Below are positions 37,735-49,805 of a stretch of 64,000 bases of DNA, piece after piece. The first letter of the stretch is position 1; each line of letters opens with the position of its first letter. The position numbers and the translations under genes were made by a program. The notes below the pieces were generated by a model. That model saw only the letters and a list, made by a program, of their open reading frames with translations, made no database searches and was not told the DNA's origin. The stretch spans positions 36,828,001 to 36,892,000 of the forward strand of contig JAGIQG010000003.1 of assembly GCA_024679065.1 (NCBI GenBank), given 5' to 3'. This DNA comes from Sphyrna mokarran (Eukaryota).

Positions 37735-39580
37735 AGTCCCCCTTTATCGTCAATTTGTCCCCAGAAACCTCCATATTCAAAGGATTATCCTCCACCATTT
37801 CTATCAATGCCAATGTGATGCCATCCCAATTAACATTCTGAGGGGGATCGTTCCCTCCATGATGGGGACCCCATCCTCAATCATCCCCACAACTCATCCC
37901 CTTCTCATGATACCTTTCCCTAACCATCCAAAGATCTAACCATTCCTTCCAGTTGAAGAAGTAATTTACTTGCACTTCTTTCAAGCCAGTCCACTGTATT
38001 CCCTGCTCACAATGTGGTGTTGTCTCCACTCGGGAGACTATACATCGTTTTTTTTTAGAATACTCAGTCTGTTACATAACCTTGAGCTTCTCATGGTTGT
38101 TTGTCATGTGAATTCACCACTTTGCTCTTGTATGCTCATATTTCTGTGTTTGGCATGCTGCAACTTTCCAATGAAGTTCAATGCAAGTTTCAGGAACATC
38201 AGCTCATCAAACCATAGAGGGTTACAGCATGGAAAAGTCCCTTCAGCCCAACTTGTTCATACCATCTTTTGTTTTTAAAACCTCTAAGCTAATCCCAATT
38301 GTCCACATTTGGCCCATTCCCTCTGTACCCATTGTACCCATGTAACTATCTAAATATTTTTTAAAAGATAAAATTGTACCCACCTCTACTACTATCTTTG
38401 GCAGCTTGTTCCAGACACTCGCCACCCTCTATGTGAAAAAAATTGCCCCTCTGAACACTTTTGTACCTCTCCTCTCTCACCTTAAACCTATGTCCTCTAG
38501 TTTTAGACTCCCCTGCCTTTGCGAAAATATATTGACTATCTACCTTGTCTATGCCCCTCATTATTTTATAAACCTCTATAATCTCACCCACTCAGCCTCC
38601 TACACTCCAGAAAAAAAAGTCCCAGTCTATTCAGCCTCTTCTTATAATTCAATCCATCAAGTCCCAATAGCATCCTAGTAAAACTTTTCTGCATTTTTTT
38701 CTAATTTAATAATATTCTTTCTATAATAGGGTGACCAAAATTGCAGAAGTATACAAGTGAGGCCTTTCCAATGTCTTGTACAACTCCAACAAGATGTCCC
38801 AGCTCCTATACTGAATGCTCTAACTATCTTCTGACTAGGCATATTATGTGCTTCTGGGGTCAACATTGAGTTCAATAATTTCAGGCCATGAATTCTGTCC
38901 CTAATTTTGATTCTATTTTTCTGTTGCTATGTGCTGGTTTTTCTTTTCATCCATCCATCACTGGCCAGCATTTATTGCCCATCCTTCAGTGCCCTTGGAG
39001 GGCAGTTGAGAGTCAAACCACATTGCTATAGCTCTAGAGTCACATGCAAGCCAGACCAGGTAAGGATGGCAGATTTCCTTCCCTAGAGGACGTTAGTGAA
39101 CCAGATGGATTTTTCTGACAATTGACAATGGTTTCACGGTCATCAGTGGGTTCTTAATTCCAGATGTTTTTTGTTGAATGCAAATTTGACCATCTGCTGT
39201 GGTGGGATTCAAACCCAGGTCCACAGAACATTAGCTGAGTTTCTGGATTGATAGTCTAATGATAATATCACCTCTCTCTATCTTGTTCTCATATTTCTAT
39301 TTTCATTCGGAGCTCTTATTACAACTATAACCATTCCCTTTGTTTTTGTTTCATTACATCTTAATCAATTAGCTCTTCCTGTCCTCTACTCTGTCCCAGA
39401 CATTTTATTTTCTTTTTCACCCTTCCCTTTCAATAGCAAAGAAAATTTGATTTCTATCTTCCTTTAGTTCTGAAGAATAATCATGTTCACTTCCACAGAA
39501 AATAACAAACCAGCTGAGTATTTTCAACACTTCCTGTTTTCATCTCAAATTTCTAGCATTTGTGGTATTTTGTTTCAATT
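37735..39580 (+). mobile_element. Penelope-like retroelement 3' part (GIY-YIG endonuclease and terminal hammerhead remnant), split by CR1 and SINE insertions
   Basis: FTCTSFKPVHCIPCSQCGVVSTRET at ~37965 (degenerate VYCIxCxxCxxxYIGET); SGVNIEFNNFR at ~38852; AGTT-CTGAAGA at 39466-39476. Confidence 0.8.
38210..38820 (-). mobile_element. CR1 LINE 3' fragment nested in the Penelope element
   Basis: IIEVYKIMRGIDKVDS..SKTRGHRFKV; QFWSPYYRKNIIKLE. Confidence 0.9.
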
Positions 39581-39901
39581 ATAACTTCACAATTATTCAT
39601 TCAGTTACATTGCTAGCCAACAGCGCTATATGACCGTGATATTCTAATAAAGCGATTTGATTCACCCATCATCTCAAAAGCAATGTACAATATCAGGAAC
39701 TCAACACCAATAATTTAAAAACATCTTTACAGATTTATGTGCTCAAAAATCCTTTTTGCCTATTTTATGTGAGCAACATCGTTCTCAGAAAACACAGTTA
39801 CAAAGATGCAAAGTCTGGTTTTAAAATCATTACTGATACTCAACAAATATACTTAGGCACAGCTGGATAAGTATGGTGTTGTTACGAAATCTAATACTTA
39901 C

Positions 39902-39973
39902 ATCTGTGTATCAAAATCTTGAGTTGGATCGAGAGGGGAATAATCGAATATTCTTTGGAGGTTTCCAACATAT
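39902..39973 (-). CDS. USP13: USP13 exon ~9 ([24 protein letters not shown]), 72 nt
   Basis: ttacag|ATATG...CAGAT|gtaagt. Confidence 0.95.
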
Positions 39974-40170
39974 CTGTAAAACAGGTACACAGTATTTACA
40001 TTCTAATAGCTTGGGTTTTGTTGAGATAACAGTGGTAGGACTAACAACAGTCACCATTATAATAGAGGCAATCTGGCAGCAACTTGGGCAATTGCAAACG
40101 GGGAAATCCAGAGTTTGGTGTCAGAAATACTTCACTTCCCCATAGGCTGTGTTGTACTGTTCTTATCGAT

Positions 40171-40468
40171 AGGTGGCACAGTGGTTAATACTGCTGCCTC
40201 ACAGCACCAGGGACCCAGGTTCAATTCCTGTCTGTGTGGAGTCTGTACATTCTCCCCGTGTCTTCATGGGTTTCCTCCAGGTGCTCTGGTTTCCTCCCAC
40301 AGTCCAAAGATGTGCAGGTTAGGGGAGATTGGCCATGCTAAATTGTCCCTGGTGTTAGGGAATTAGCAGGGTAAATATATAGGATTAGGGAAGTGGGGAC
40401 TGGGTGGGATTATGGCTGATGCAGGCTCGATGAGCTGAGTGGCCTCCTTCTGTACTGTAGGATTCTGA
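40171..40468 (+). mobile_element. HE1-like SINE
   Basis: ggtggcacagtggttaatactgctgcctcacagcaccagggacccaggttcaattcc. Confidence 0.85.
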
Positions 40469-41299
40469 CAGGGTAACATTTTTAGCCAAGGATGCTATTA
40501 AACCTGTGCTTTTGAGATGATGGGTGAGAAAATATCAAAGTCCAATATCAGATCATGGCAAGAACATTAATACGGTAGCAGTTACCATTTAAAGAGAAAA
40601 ATAAAACTTCACAAGTTCAGATTGCAAATTGAATTGGCTATCAATCAGCAAAATCTATGTAAAAAGTTGGAAATCATAACGGGCATTGATATAACAGCTT
40701 CATTGCTTAATTTTTCCTGTTCCAGGCATTCTATTTTCTTTTTCGCCCTCCTCCTTTAGGGTATTTATTCACTAGATCACCACTAAAGACATCAGAAAAG
40801 GTTAGGATTGGTACATTCAGGGTGAAGTTTTAACTGCATGATAAGTGATTGTGACTGCTAAACAACATCTCCGGCCTTGAAAATGTAATTTTAAAAATAT
40901 GGAGTCACATTCCTTCAGAAGTTCGTTTGTGTTGGTGATTTAAAAATGTAAAATTAATGTAATTATTTTATTTCTTCTTTGTCTCTTTTTTCTTTTCTCA
41001 ATCTTTATTTTGTATTCTACACATGATTTATATCTGATTTACAGTTGGGCCTAAGGGCCCATTTCTATGCTGTAAACCTCTAAGACTCTATAATTTCAGC
41101 TTTAGACTTGGTAAGGATTCTTTATTGCGATTGGTTGAAAAGCCTTGTCTTTTTCATAAACTTTTTATTCATAGCGTAGATGTCCCGTAGAGGTCACTGC
41201 ACTTGATCAGATGCTGGATCATAGATAGTTTCCACACAAAATGTCTGAGAAAGTTCTTGTGGGCAGCTATTAGCGGTGAATTGCAATTAAAATAAATTA

Positions 41300-41610
41300 C
41301 ACGAGAGGCCAGAAATGAGGGAATGCAGAGATCTCATGGGGCTTATAGTTCTGGGGATATTTACAGAATTAGGGAGCAGTAAGGTCATGAAAAGATTTGA
41401 AAACAACATAAGAACTTTAAAATGGAGGCATTGCAATATCAGGATACCCCATAAGTCTGTGAGCTCAGGGATGATGGGTGAATAGGACTTGGTATGGGTT
41501 CAAATACACAGCCAGCAGAATTATGGATGAGTTTAAGATTATGAATGGTAGAAGCTGGGAGGCTGACTAGCAGAGTGCTTGAATGATGACATGTAGAAGG
41601 CATAATGAAC
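41300..41610 (-). mobile_element. L2-like LINE fragment
   Basis: LLVSLPASTIHNLKLIHNSA (L2 LLAGLP..L..LQ.IQNSAAR motif). Confidence 0.7.
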
Positions 41611-42560
41611 GTTAATAAATAGGGATCAGGATTTGTGATGGGGACTGACAATAATGGCTTCAATCTTCCCATTTTGGCCCATCTGTTACGATGCACAGGT
41701 TTACCTCTTTAACCTCTTACCTCATACCTTATCCTCTTTATCTCACTTTGTAATCTGGTAAAAGTATTTGGTAAGGTGTTAACTGTTCTACATTAACGTT
41801 TAGAAGTTCAATAACAAAACCTGACATTTGCTTTAAGGGAATAATTAACAAGTTATTTTATTCAACCAATCAGGAACTTTAATTAAAAATGTACTGGTTT
41901 AGTTAAAGGACAGTTCGACTGAAATGCTGTTCAAATAAAGACAAGGATGATTCATTAATAAAACAGTAATAAAAGAATCTTGGTCACTCTCAAAAAAAAC
42001 TATATAGAACCAGGTCTGATGGCTTGGAAAAGATTTGGTGATTTCTCTGACTTAAGGTCTTTCTGATTTGATATCCTGGTGTTAGATGGAGAATTCTCTT
42101 CAGAGATTGTTCTTTTTAGCTGGCAAGATGGAGAACCATTCCAGAAATGGCCTTCTCATTTGAACTCAACTGAATTCACTAACAGAACTGGAATCACTGA
42201 AGAGAGGCAGTTGAATTCCTATATTTATATTCTGATGTGGCCAACTGTATCAAAGGGTCAAAAACGGAGAGTTTATCAGTCATGTAGGTTGTCATTTGCA
42301 GTTTTGATAAGAGGTTTTTCAGGACTGTAGAGGGCAGAAACTTGATTGGAGACATTCAAATATGGAGTTCTGAAAAAGATTGGCTTGGATCTGGAAGATT
42401 ACAGCACGTTCAAGAATATTGGTAAAGAAAAGGGACATTTGAGGTCAGAGAAACAGTGAATGTCTTACAATGAATAAACTACAGAAAATGAAAACTCAAA
42501 AACATGTCTCTCAAATCAGCATTATCTTACAGAGAACATAAACTTCTACATAAAACCCAC

Positions 42561-42748
42561 CTTCTCTGAAAGTCAGGGATGCTGAAGATTGTTTGCATGA
42601 CAGAGCTGAGGTAGCAGCTGTTTCCAAGATTCTTGATGCCAGTGTATCCAGAACCATATATTGGCTTCAATTTCATGCCAGATTCTTGGACCATCTCCCA
42701 CTCACTAATCCGTGGCTTGATATCATCGACAGGATTAACATTTTCTGA
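42561..42748 (-). CDS. USP13: USP13 exon ~8 with catalytic Cys box ([19 protein letters not shown]), 188 nt
   Basis: gatag|TCAGAA...AGAAG|gtgggt; catalytic Cys codon at 42616-42614. Confidence 0.96.
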
Positions 42749-43596
42749 CTATCAGACAGATGAAACAAACAGTCATCTGATAATACAATTTGACAAATCC
42801 TTATCCAATCCACTTAACATTAACCATTACTCAGCTGATATTATACAGATGCATTTTTTTTTACAACGAATGATTACAACTAGTCTGTTCTACATACCTG
42901 TCTTAAGAAGCAATTATATCTGCTTTAAATTTCCAGTGAACCCACAGTACCTATAATGATCAGTGCTTTCACTAACATGCATAAAGGAAGAAAAAGGTCT
43001 GTGCTAACAAGAACAATGCAAGTGCCACCAACCTTATATCCCTTTTCTAATTCAACAAAGCAGCTTCATAATCCACATAAATATACATTTGCTATATACA
43101 ATTTTAAAACAATTCCATGCCAACATGTTGTGCTCGTCTGCAAGTCAGTTCAAATGCAGTTTTTAAGAAGATTTTAATCAAAAAGCAATAAATCTAGCCT
43201 GTGGTTCTGCTTAGCAAGCAGATACCAGTGCCAAGAAGGTAAATTTTGACTGTAACCAGGTTGAGAGGTGAAAGGGCACAGCTGGTTTAGTGGCCTTCAC
43301 ACATTTCTGTCATCTCAACCCTTATGTTGACTCCATTAAAGATGGTGGTAATAGGGTCTGTTACATCTCAATCCTTTCAATATTCCACCAACAAGTGAGT
43401 TTCATTCTGTGTGATTTTCTTTGTTTCAGTATATTTATTCCAGTTTATAAGAACTGATTTATCAGATTTGATTTAATTGACTCAGCTTCTATTCATTGTC
43501 GTAAATAAGACGATGACAGGTCCATTATTTTGAGGCTGATAAGAAGCATCTCATTTTATCTCCTTATCAACAGAGTGGTAATTTTTTTTTACAAAC

Positions 43597-43691
43597 CTTT
43601 TGCATTTTCAACATGTCAATACCAAAGTGCATCAAGTGTTCTGCAATATTTGCATCGAGTACTGCTTCCTCTTCATCAAATGAGTACACAT
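43597..43691 (-). CDS. USP13: USP13 exon ~7 ([32 protein letters not shown]), 95 nt
   Basis: atacag|ATGTG...AAG|gtttgt. Confidence 0.95.
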
Positions 43692-44730
43692 CTGTATTAT
43701 AAACAATAATAAAAATATGATACAAGACTAGATTTTCTTTTAAATTGCACTTGTGCAGATTACGAAAATAAAAATGCACTAAAGGGTGAAAAATAGCACA
43801 GAGCAAGGACATTTTTCCTCTTGCTTCTCTGGTGACTATTGCATTATATTCCTGATTATGACTTGCATGGTGTGCGATGGCATCATAGCAACAAATGCAC
43901 TAGCCATTTTTAGTGTCTATCTTCTTTGTCCGTGCTACGCAATACATAATAAATTTTGGCAATGGTATGGAAAGTGCACAAATATCAGCAGCTGGGAGCA
44001 CGGTGCATAGAGTCCACCAGCTCTTAGTGACCTCCCTGCCGGGATGGCAAAGATTTCAGTCAGATCCTGTGATGTATCACACAGTCACGTCTCACAAGGC
44101 TGTCTGGAGCAGACTAGATTCGGTCCCTATTACTAATCTCTTGGAACTGGAATCCAGGACAAGGGGCGCAATCTTAACAAAAAAATTTCTAAGTGCCAAA
44201 CGAGTGAGAAAACAACAGAAATCACACTGTTTATTGGGTCAACTGCAAGGCACAATCTTATAGCACTTAGAGTAAAAAATGCCAGGATGCCATTCTTGCC
44301 AGCGGGCCAGGTGGGGGGGGGGAATTAGACCCCACCCTGCCATCAGCAGAGTTTCTCCCCACCCCACCGCTTGACTCTGTCTGCAGAGCTCCCCCCTTTC
44401 CCATGCCAATCACCCCCATCTGCATCTCATGGTAGCTCTTAGGTCGTTGAGAGCAGAGCCGGGCAGTGTCCACCAGGCAATCTATCGTTGATGATATGTA
44501 AATCATGTCATTAATATTGAAATTGGCTTCAGGCCCTAAACATTGCTGGTACGGTTAGAAGCGATGAGAAACTAGGCGCATTTCTTGTTTTTTGCTTCTC
44601 ACACAATCATGCCATCTCATCTCACCAAAAATCAGGCAGTAGCCAATCAGCTCAAATGGTTACAGCATGATGCTAGTAATGCCATGTTGTGAGTTCAATT
44701 CCCACACTGGCCAGCAATGAGCCAGCATTC

Positions 44731-45058
44731 TGGGGCAGCACTGTAGCACAGTGGTTAGCACCTCTGATTCACAGCGCCATGACCCAGGTTTGATTCCCGA
44801 CCTGGGTCACTGCCTGTGTGGAGTTTGCACATTCTCCCTGTGTCTGTGTGGGTTTCCTTCAGGTTCAGTTTCCTCACACAGTCCAAAGGTGGATTGGCCA
44901 TGCTAAATTACCCCATAGTATCAGGGGGACTAGCTAGGGTAAACACATGGGTTTGTGGGGATAGAGTCGGGGGGGGGGGGGGGGGGGGGGGGGGGTCGTG
45001 ATCAGTGCAGACTCAATGGGCCAAATGGCCTCCTTCTGCACTGTTGGATTCTATGATT
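44731..45058 (+). mobile_element. HE1-like SINE containing a G27 run (44969-44995)
   Basis: tRNA head; gattctatgat tail. Confidence 0.85.
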
Positions 45059-45489
45059 ACGCCTGAAGACTACAACCCTAGAAAAGGAGGAGGAAAATAG
45101 AAATTTTCTATTAATTTTTACCACAAAGTGTGTCTGGAGCTGTCTTCTCAATCGGATGGGTTAAAGCATGGTCCTAATGTGCATCTGATTAAAGTCTTTC
45201 TTCTGACTAGGAGGACATTTTCGCTACCAACTAGAGCAGAGTTGTTGAGTTTGTTCAATCAAGGCTGACTTTGAGATGTTTTATCATAAACTCTCACACC
45301 AGAGGTGTGCACACTCATGAAGTTCACAATTTTAATTCAAGATGCTTAAATGAAGACTAGCCAGAGCTGTAAAGCATTTACATCACCAGCAATCATCCAA
45401 ATGACAGAGAATTTTGTACAAATAGTTGCTAAATCGTCATCAGTATATTAACATACATGTCGCATAAGAAAAGGTTAGACAGATTGCAC

Positions 45490-45915
45490 CTGTAGCCCAC
45501 TGGAGTTAGAAAAATGAGAGATGACCTTATTGAAACAAATAAAATCCTGAGGTATGTTTTAAATGTTGGATGTGGGTTTATGACCCTTCTTTAACCCTTT
45601 TGCAGTACTAACCAGTACTAGCCATAGGGTGAATGCTGAGAGAGATGGGACACATTTCTTTTTAAAAAAGGGCTCTCCCATTTAAGATGGAGATGAGGAG
45701 AAGGGTTTTCTTTCAAAGAGTAGTTAGTCTGTGGAATTCTTTTCCCCAAAGAGCAACGGAGGTTGGGTCATTGAACATCTTTATGGTCGTAGTAGATAGA
45801 CTCTTGATTGACAAGGGACTCAAAGGTTAAAGGGCGTAGACTGGAAAGACCAGAAGCAGATCAGCCATGATCTTATCAAATGATACAGCAGGCTCAAGGG
45901 GCCAAATGGCCTGCT
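45490..45915 (+). mobile_element. CR1 3' fragment
   Basis: ctggagttagaaaaatgagagatgaccttattgaaac; tail aggctcaaggggccaaatggcctgct. Confidence 0.75.
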
Positions 45916-46321
45916 ACTTGTCTGCATGTTGTGTGCTGGAGAAGAGTACAGAGTGGTCCCTTATAAGTAGGGGCATGAAAGAGACAGAATTCAGTGCTGT
46001 ATGTCTAACCAAGAATACAATTCCATTCAAAACCTCTTCATGTGAGGTGACATTGCCCTCCACCCCCCACACACACACCCCCATCCATATCCACCACTCC
46101 TCCATTGTGCTGCATTCTTGAATGGTCAGTTTGTGCAATTTCAATGTTCCGTTCAGCAAAAAAAAAAAGAATGAAAATCACAATTTGCATCTTCGAGATC
46201 TTCATTTCAGAGAACTCAGAAATGCCCGTTTTAGAATCAGTGCCAGGAGGTACGAGGCAATCCTGCAATTAACCAAGTCATCAAATCACATCTTATTATT
46301 TAAGAGGATGAACTAACTAAC

Positions 46322-46506
46322 CTGCGCCATCTGGAGTAATGGTTCCCAATTTCACTGCCAAAGGGTAGCGGGTCTCGCGGTAATGTTCCAGAGCATGTCC
46401 ATTTCCACCACTGCCATCAAAAAACCATTTCCCACACAATATGGAGCCATCAGTCAGGTTCAGCCAAAGATTCTCTCTCAGATCACACCAGGCACACTTC
46501 CAGCCA
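46322..46506 (-). CDS. USP13: USP13 exon ~6, ZnF-UBP core, 185 nt
   Basis: [61 protein letters not shown]; cacag| and G|gttagt. Confidence 0.97.
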
Positions 46507-47779
46507 CTGTGAGAAATTGTGTGGAAGGACAAGAGATGACAGAACACTGCCGTAAGTAACACAGAGTTTTCACGCTTCATAAATTGACTCAATCTTTACA
46601 AAAAAAACATTGAAGTATGATCAACAATCTATCAGTGCAGAATCTATGCAAAATCTAAGTTTATCAATCACTTCTGAAATCACTTAATGAAAATGTAACA
46701 CATACAAAGTTTATAAATGCTGCAACAACATCACCCATGAATGAGAAAATGATAAAAGTCATACCCTAACATCTGAGTTCCAGGATAGTGTATCTGGGGT
46801 ACCCCAAATACGCTGGGGACCTTCTTCCCCTACACTGGACATGCCCAGGTAAGGACTGCATGGCAACTGCCCTGTACCAGGAACCATGTAAAAATGCAAT
46901 TTAAATCTCAAAATTCACTGGCAGTATTACGGCAATACTTACTCAGGATCAGTTAGAAGAATTAGCTACCAAGTAACTGTAGCAATGACTCATCCTGACC
47001 CCACACAGATCTTCTGTACCCCTTCCCAATACCTCCCCCACTACCCTCTAACCGACCCCCCCTCCCAAATTTTCAGGCTCAGACTCCCTAACCCCACACC
47101 CCCTGCCATCAGTCCCAGTTCCTGCCTCCCCGCCACCAGGCCTAACTCAAACCCCTATGTCTGACTCCGGACTGCCCTATACACCCCCAAGCCCAACTCT
47201 CAACCATTGTCCTCTTTCCCAGCTTGACTCTCACCCATAAGCCTCTCTTGCCTGACCCAACCAATCTCACCTCCCTACTTCTAAATCCAATCCATTTAAC
47301 TTCATCCTGGTTTGTCAAAGTCCTTTAAGCTCGGTTGGACATTCAAATGTACCTGTTTTATGACAGTTATTGCTGTAAAGATGAGGGCATGGCTTACTTA
47401 TCTGCAACTGAGCAGCTCGTGATGATAATCCGCCTGAGCATGCTGCCCTACACAGATCTTGCCTGGCCTAAGTTGGGTGAGATAGGATTACCTGGATTTT
47501 TAGGTAACTAATTTTCAGCAGAGTGGTAGCCTAACTCAATTATCCCTCCATCGAAAGTTATGGTCCATTATCCTCTTTCACAATCATAAAAAAGTATCAA
47601 TTACTTCACGTATATCAATTGTTACCTCACTCACAGTTCAGCAGTGAAAGCGCAGCACTGTCAAGTCTCAAAGAAAAGCGACTGATGAAATGGTAGACTG
47701 GTAGTACCACAACTCATCAAAGCTGTGCAAAGTTATAGTTAAACAGTGACGAAATATAATAACATTATTTGGCAGATAA

Positions 47780-48125
47780 TAAATAGTCTGGCATCAAAAA
47801 TTCAGGGCTCAAGCTGCACTCCAGAGAGTTGAGCACAAAGCTTATGATGCACAGTATTGTCAGCGATGCCATTGTCTGGATGACAATGCTCTCTATGATC
47901 TTTCAGGCGGATGAAAAAGAACCGTTGATACTTTCTGGCTAAGAGAAGGGTCAATCTTTATTCCTCAACCAACTTCATTTAAATAGATTAGCAGGTCTCA
48001 TCTCACTGCCATTTAGTGGCCCTTGCTGTGCTCAAATTGGCTTTCGCATTTTGTATTACAATAGTGACTATATTTCAAATGTATTTAATTTGCTGTGAAA
48101 TACTTTGGGATATTTTTTCGGTGTC
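47780..48125 (+). mobile_element. ancient DeuSINE-like element
   Basis: ctcaaccaac...agattagcaggtctcatctcactgcc...cttgctgtgctcaaattggct...attacaatagtgact resembles the Deu domain (from memory of AmnSINE/SacSINE). Confidence 0.6.
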
Positions 48126-48136
48126 AAGGTTATGAT

Positions 48137-48430
48137 TCAGAAACCCTACAGTGCAGAACGAAGCCACTTGGCCCTTCAGCCATACCCCTTGTATTTACCC
48201 TGCTAATTCGTCTAACCTACACATCCTGGGACACCAGGAGGGAATTTAGCAAGGACAATGCATCTAACCTGCACATCTTTGGACGGTGGGAGGAAACTGG
48301 AGCATCTGGAGGAAACCCATACAGACATGGGGAGAATGTGCAAACTCCAAACAGACAGTGATCCAAACCGGAAATTGAACTCAGGTCCCTTAAGCTCTGA
48401 GGCAGCAGTGCTAACCACTGTGCCACCCAT
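48137..48430 (-). mobile_element. HE1-like SINE
   Basis: gggtggcacagtggttagcactgctgcctcag head. Confidence 0.85.
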
Positions 48431-48803
48431 CACCCCCTAAAGCCACTATATTAACAGAAGTTCCTATTTCAGGCAATTCAGTTATATAACAGTTATAGTC
48501 AGGAAAACACTACTGAAGCAGCAAGAAAGTATTACCATTTTAAATGGCATCTTATTTTACCCCATCATTTCAATGTCCTTATATATCAGGCGACCATCAC
48601 AAGCAGCTCAGTTGCAGGTAAGTAAGCCACATCCCTACTTTTACAGCAATAGCTGCCATAAATCAGGTTATGTTTGAACGCCCAACCAATCCTAAAGGAT
48701 TTTAACAAGCCAGGGAGAAGATAAGTTACCAATATTCAAAACAGGTCAAAATGAAGACTGACTGAATCAAAGCAACACACTCAGTGTAAGGAAGGATGTT
48801 GAC

Positions 48804-48946
48804 CTGGGTGGAATTCGGACTCCATTGTCCAGTTGTTGCAGATTGTTCTCATGCTTTGAGCCCTTGAGTTCCTCTTCCCAAGAATCAGAATCCTGTCTTC
48901 TGTACGGAGACCTCGCAGCAAGGACAGCGTCACATGCTATTGTCAC
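48804..48946 (-). CDS. USP13: USP13 exon ~5 ([47 protein letters not shown]), 143 nt
   Basis: ccaccag|GTGACA...CCCAG|gtcaac; read manually, not in ORF track. Confidence 0.95.
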
Positions 48947-49499
48947 CTGGTGGGATGGGAGTGAGAAAGAGAATAAAGTTAAAATAATGACTCAATAAGA
49001 GTTTCTCAAAATAATGTCAATGGCCCTCCCTGGGCAACTTAAATCAAGAGTTATTTGGAATTCTACTGGAGAGCGCTCTGCAAGGTAACTTCACAAAGGA
49101 CAGTTTCTTTTTAACAGAGCGTACCCATACACAATCACCACTTTAACAATGCTGAGCCTTCATGCCCACTGAGACAACGTATTATGATGTTCAGCATCTT
49201 CTGGTACACAAATACTGATACTGGTTAAAATGATGCCCTATTACAGAATAGTCTCAGGTCTGTGCCACGTTTGCTGAACTAAGTGATTTGTCGCAATTAG
49301 TTTTAGCCTTCCTCAGGAACAGATTAATTTTTAAAACAAAAAAAAATGCTCCCACTTTACAGGAGCCTTGTTATCATTTTGGGAAACTGTTATGGAGGAA
49401 TTAGTTAGTGGTTGCTCAAATTGCCAAATAGTGCTTAGAAACGGATCTCAGGCTATCGTAGCTTTGGTCTCTTTTTTCATCATTATACAGCAACATTTC

Positions 49500-49805
49500 T
49501 TAGAATCATAGTACCTGTACAGTATGCACAGAAGGACGCCATTCAGCCCAGTGGGTTTATACCAACCACAATCACACCCAGGCCATATTCCTGTAACCCC
49601 ACACATTTACACTGCTAATACCCGTGACATGACTAATCCACCTAACCCACACATCTTTGGACTGTGAGAGGAAATGGGAGCACACAGAGGACACTCATGC
49701 AGACATGAGGAGAATGTGCAAACTTCAAATGAACAGTGACAGAGGCCAGAATTGAACTTGGCTCCCTGACACTGTGAAGCAGCAGTGCTAACTCACCAGT
49801 GCCAA
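49500..49805 (-). mobile_element. HE1-like SINE
   Basis: Family body and agaatcata tail. Confidence 0.8.

Noticed and set aside
44969-44995. G27 run as a functional G-quadruplex
   Set aside because: Homopolymer expansion inside a SINE, length unreliable, no other support.
46322-46506. Assignment of the gene to USP5
   Set aside because: Diagnostic residues ([44 protein letters not shown]) match USP13.
49240-49440. Possible LF-SINE-like ancient element (also ~1290-1400 and ~12000-12300)
   Set aside because: Resemblance is too degraded to support without an HMM search.
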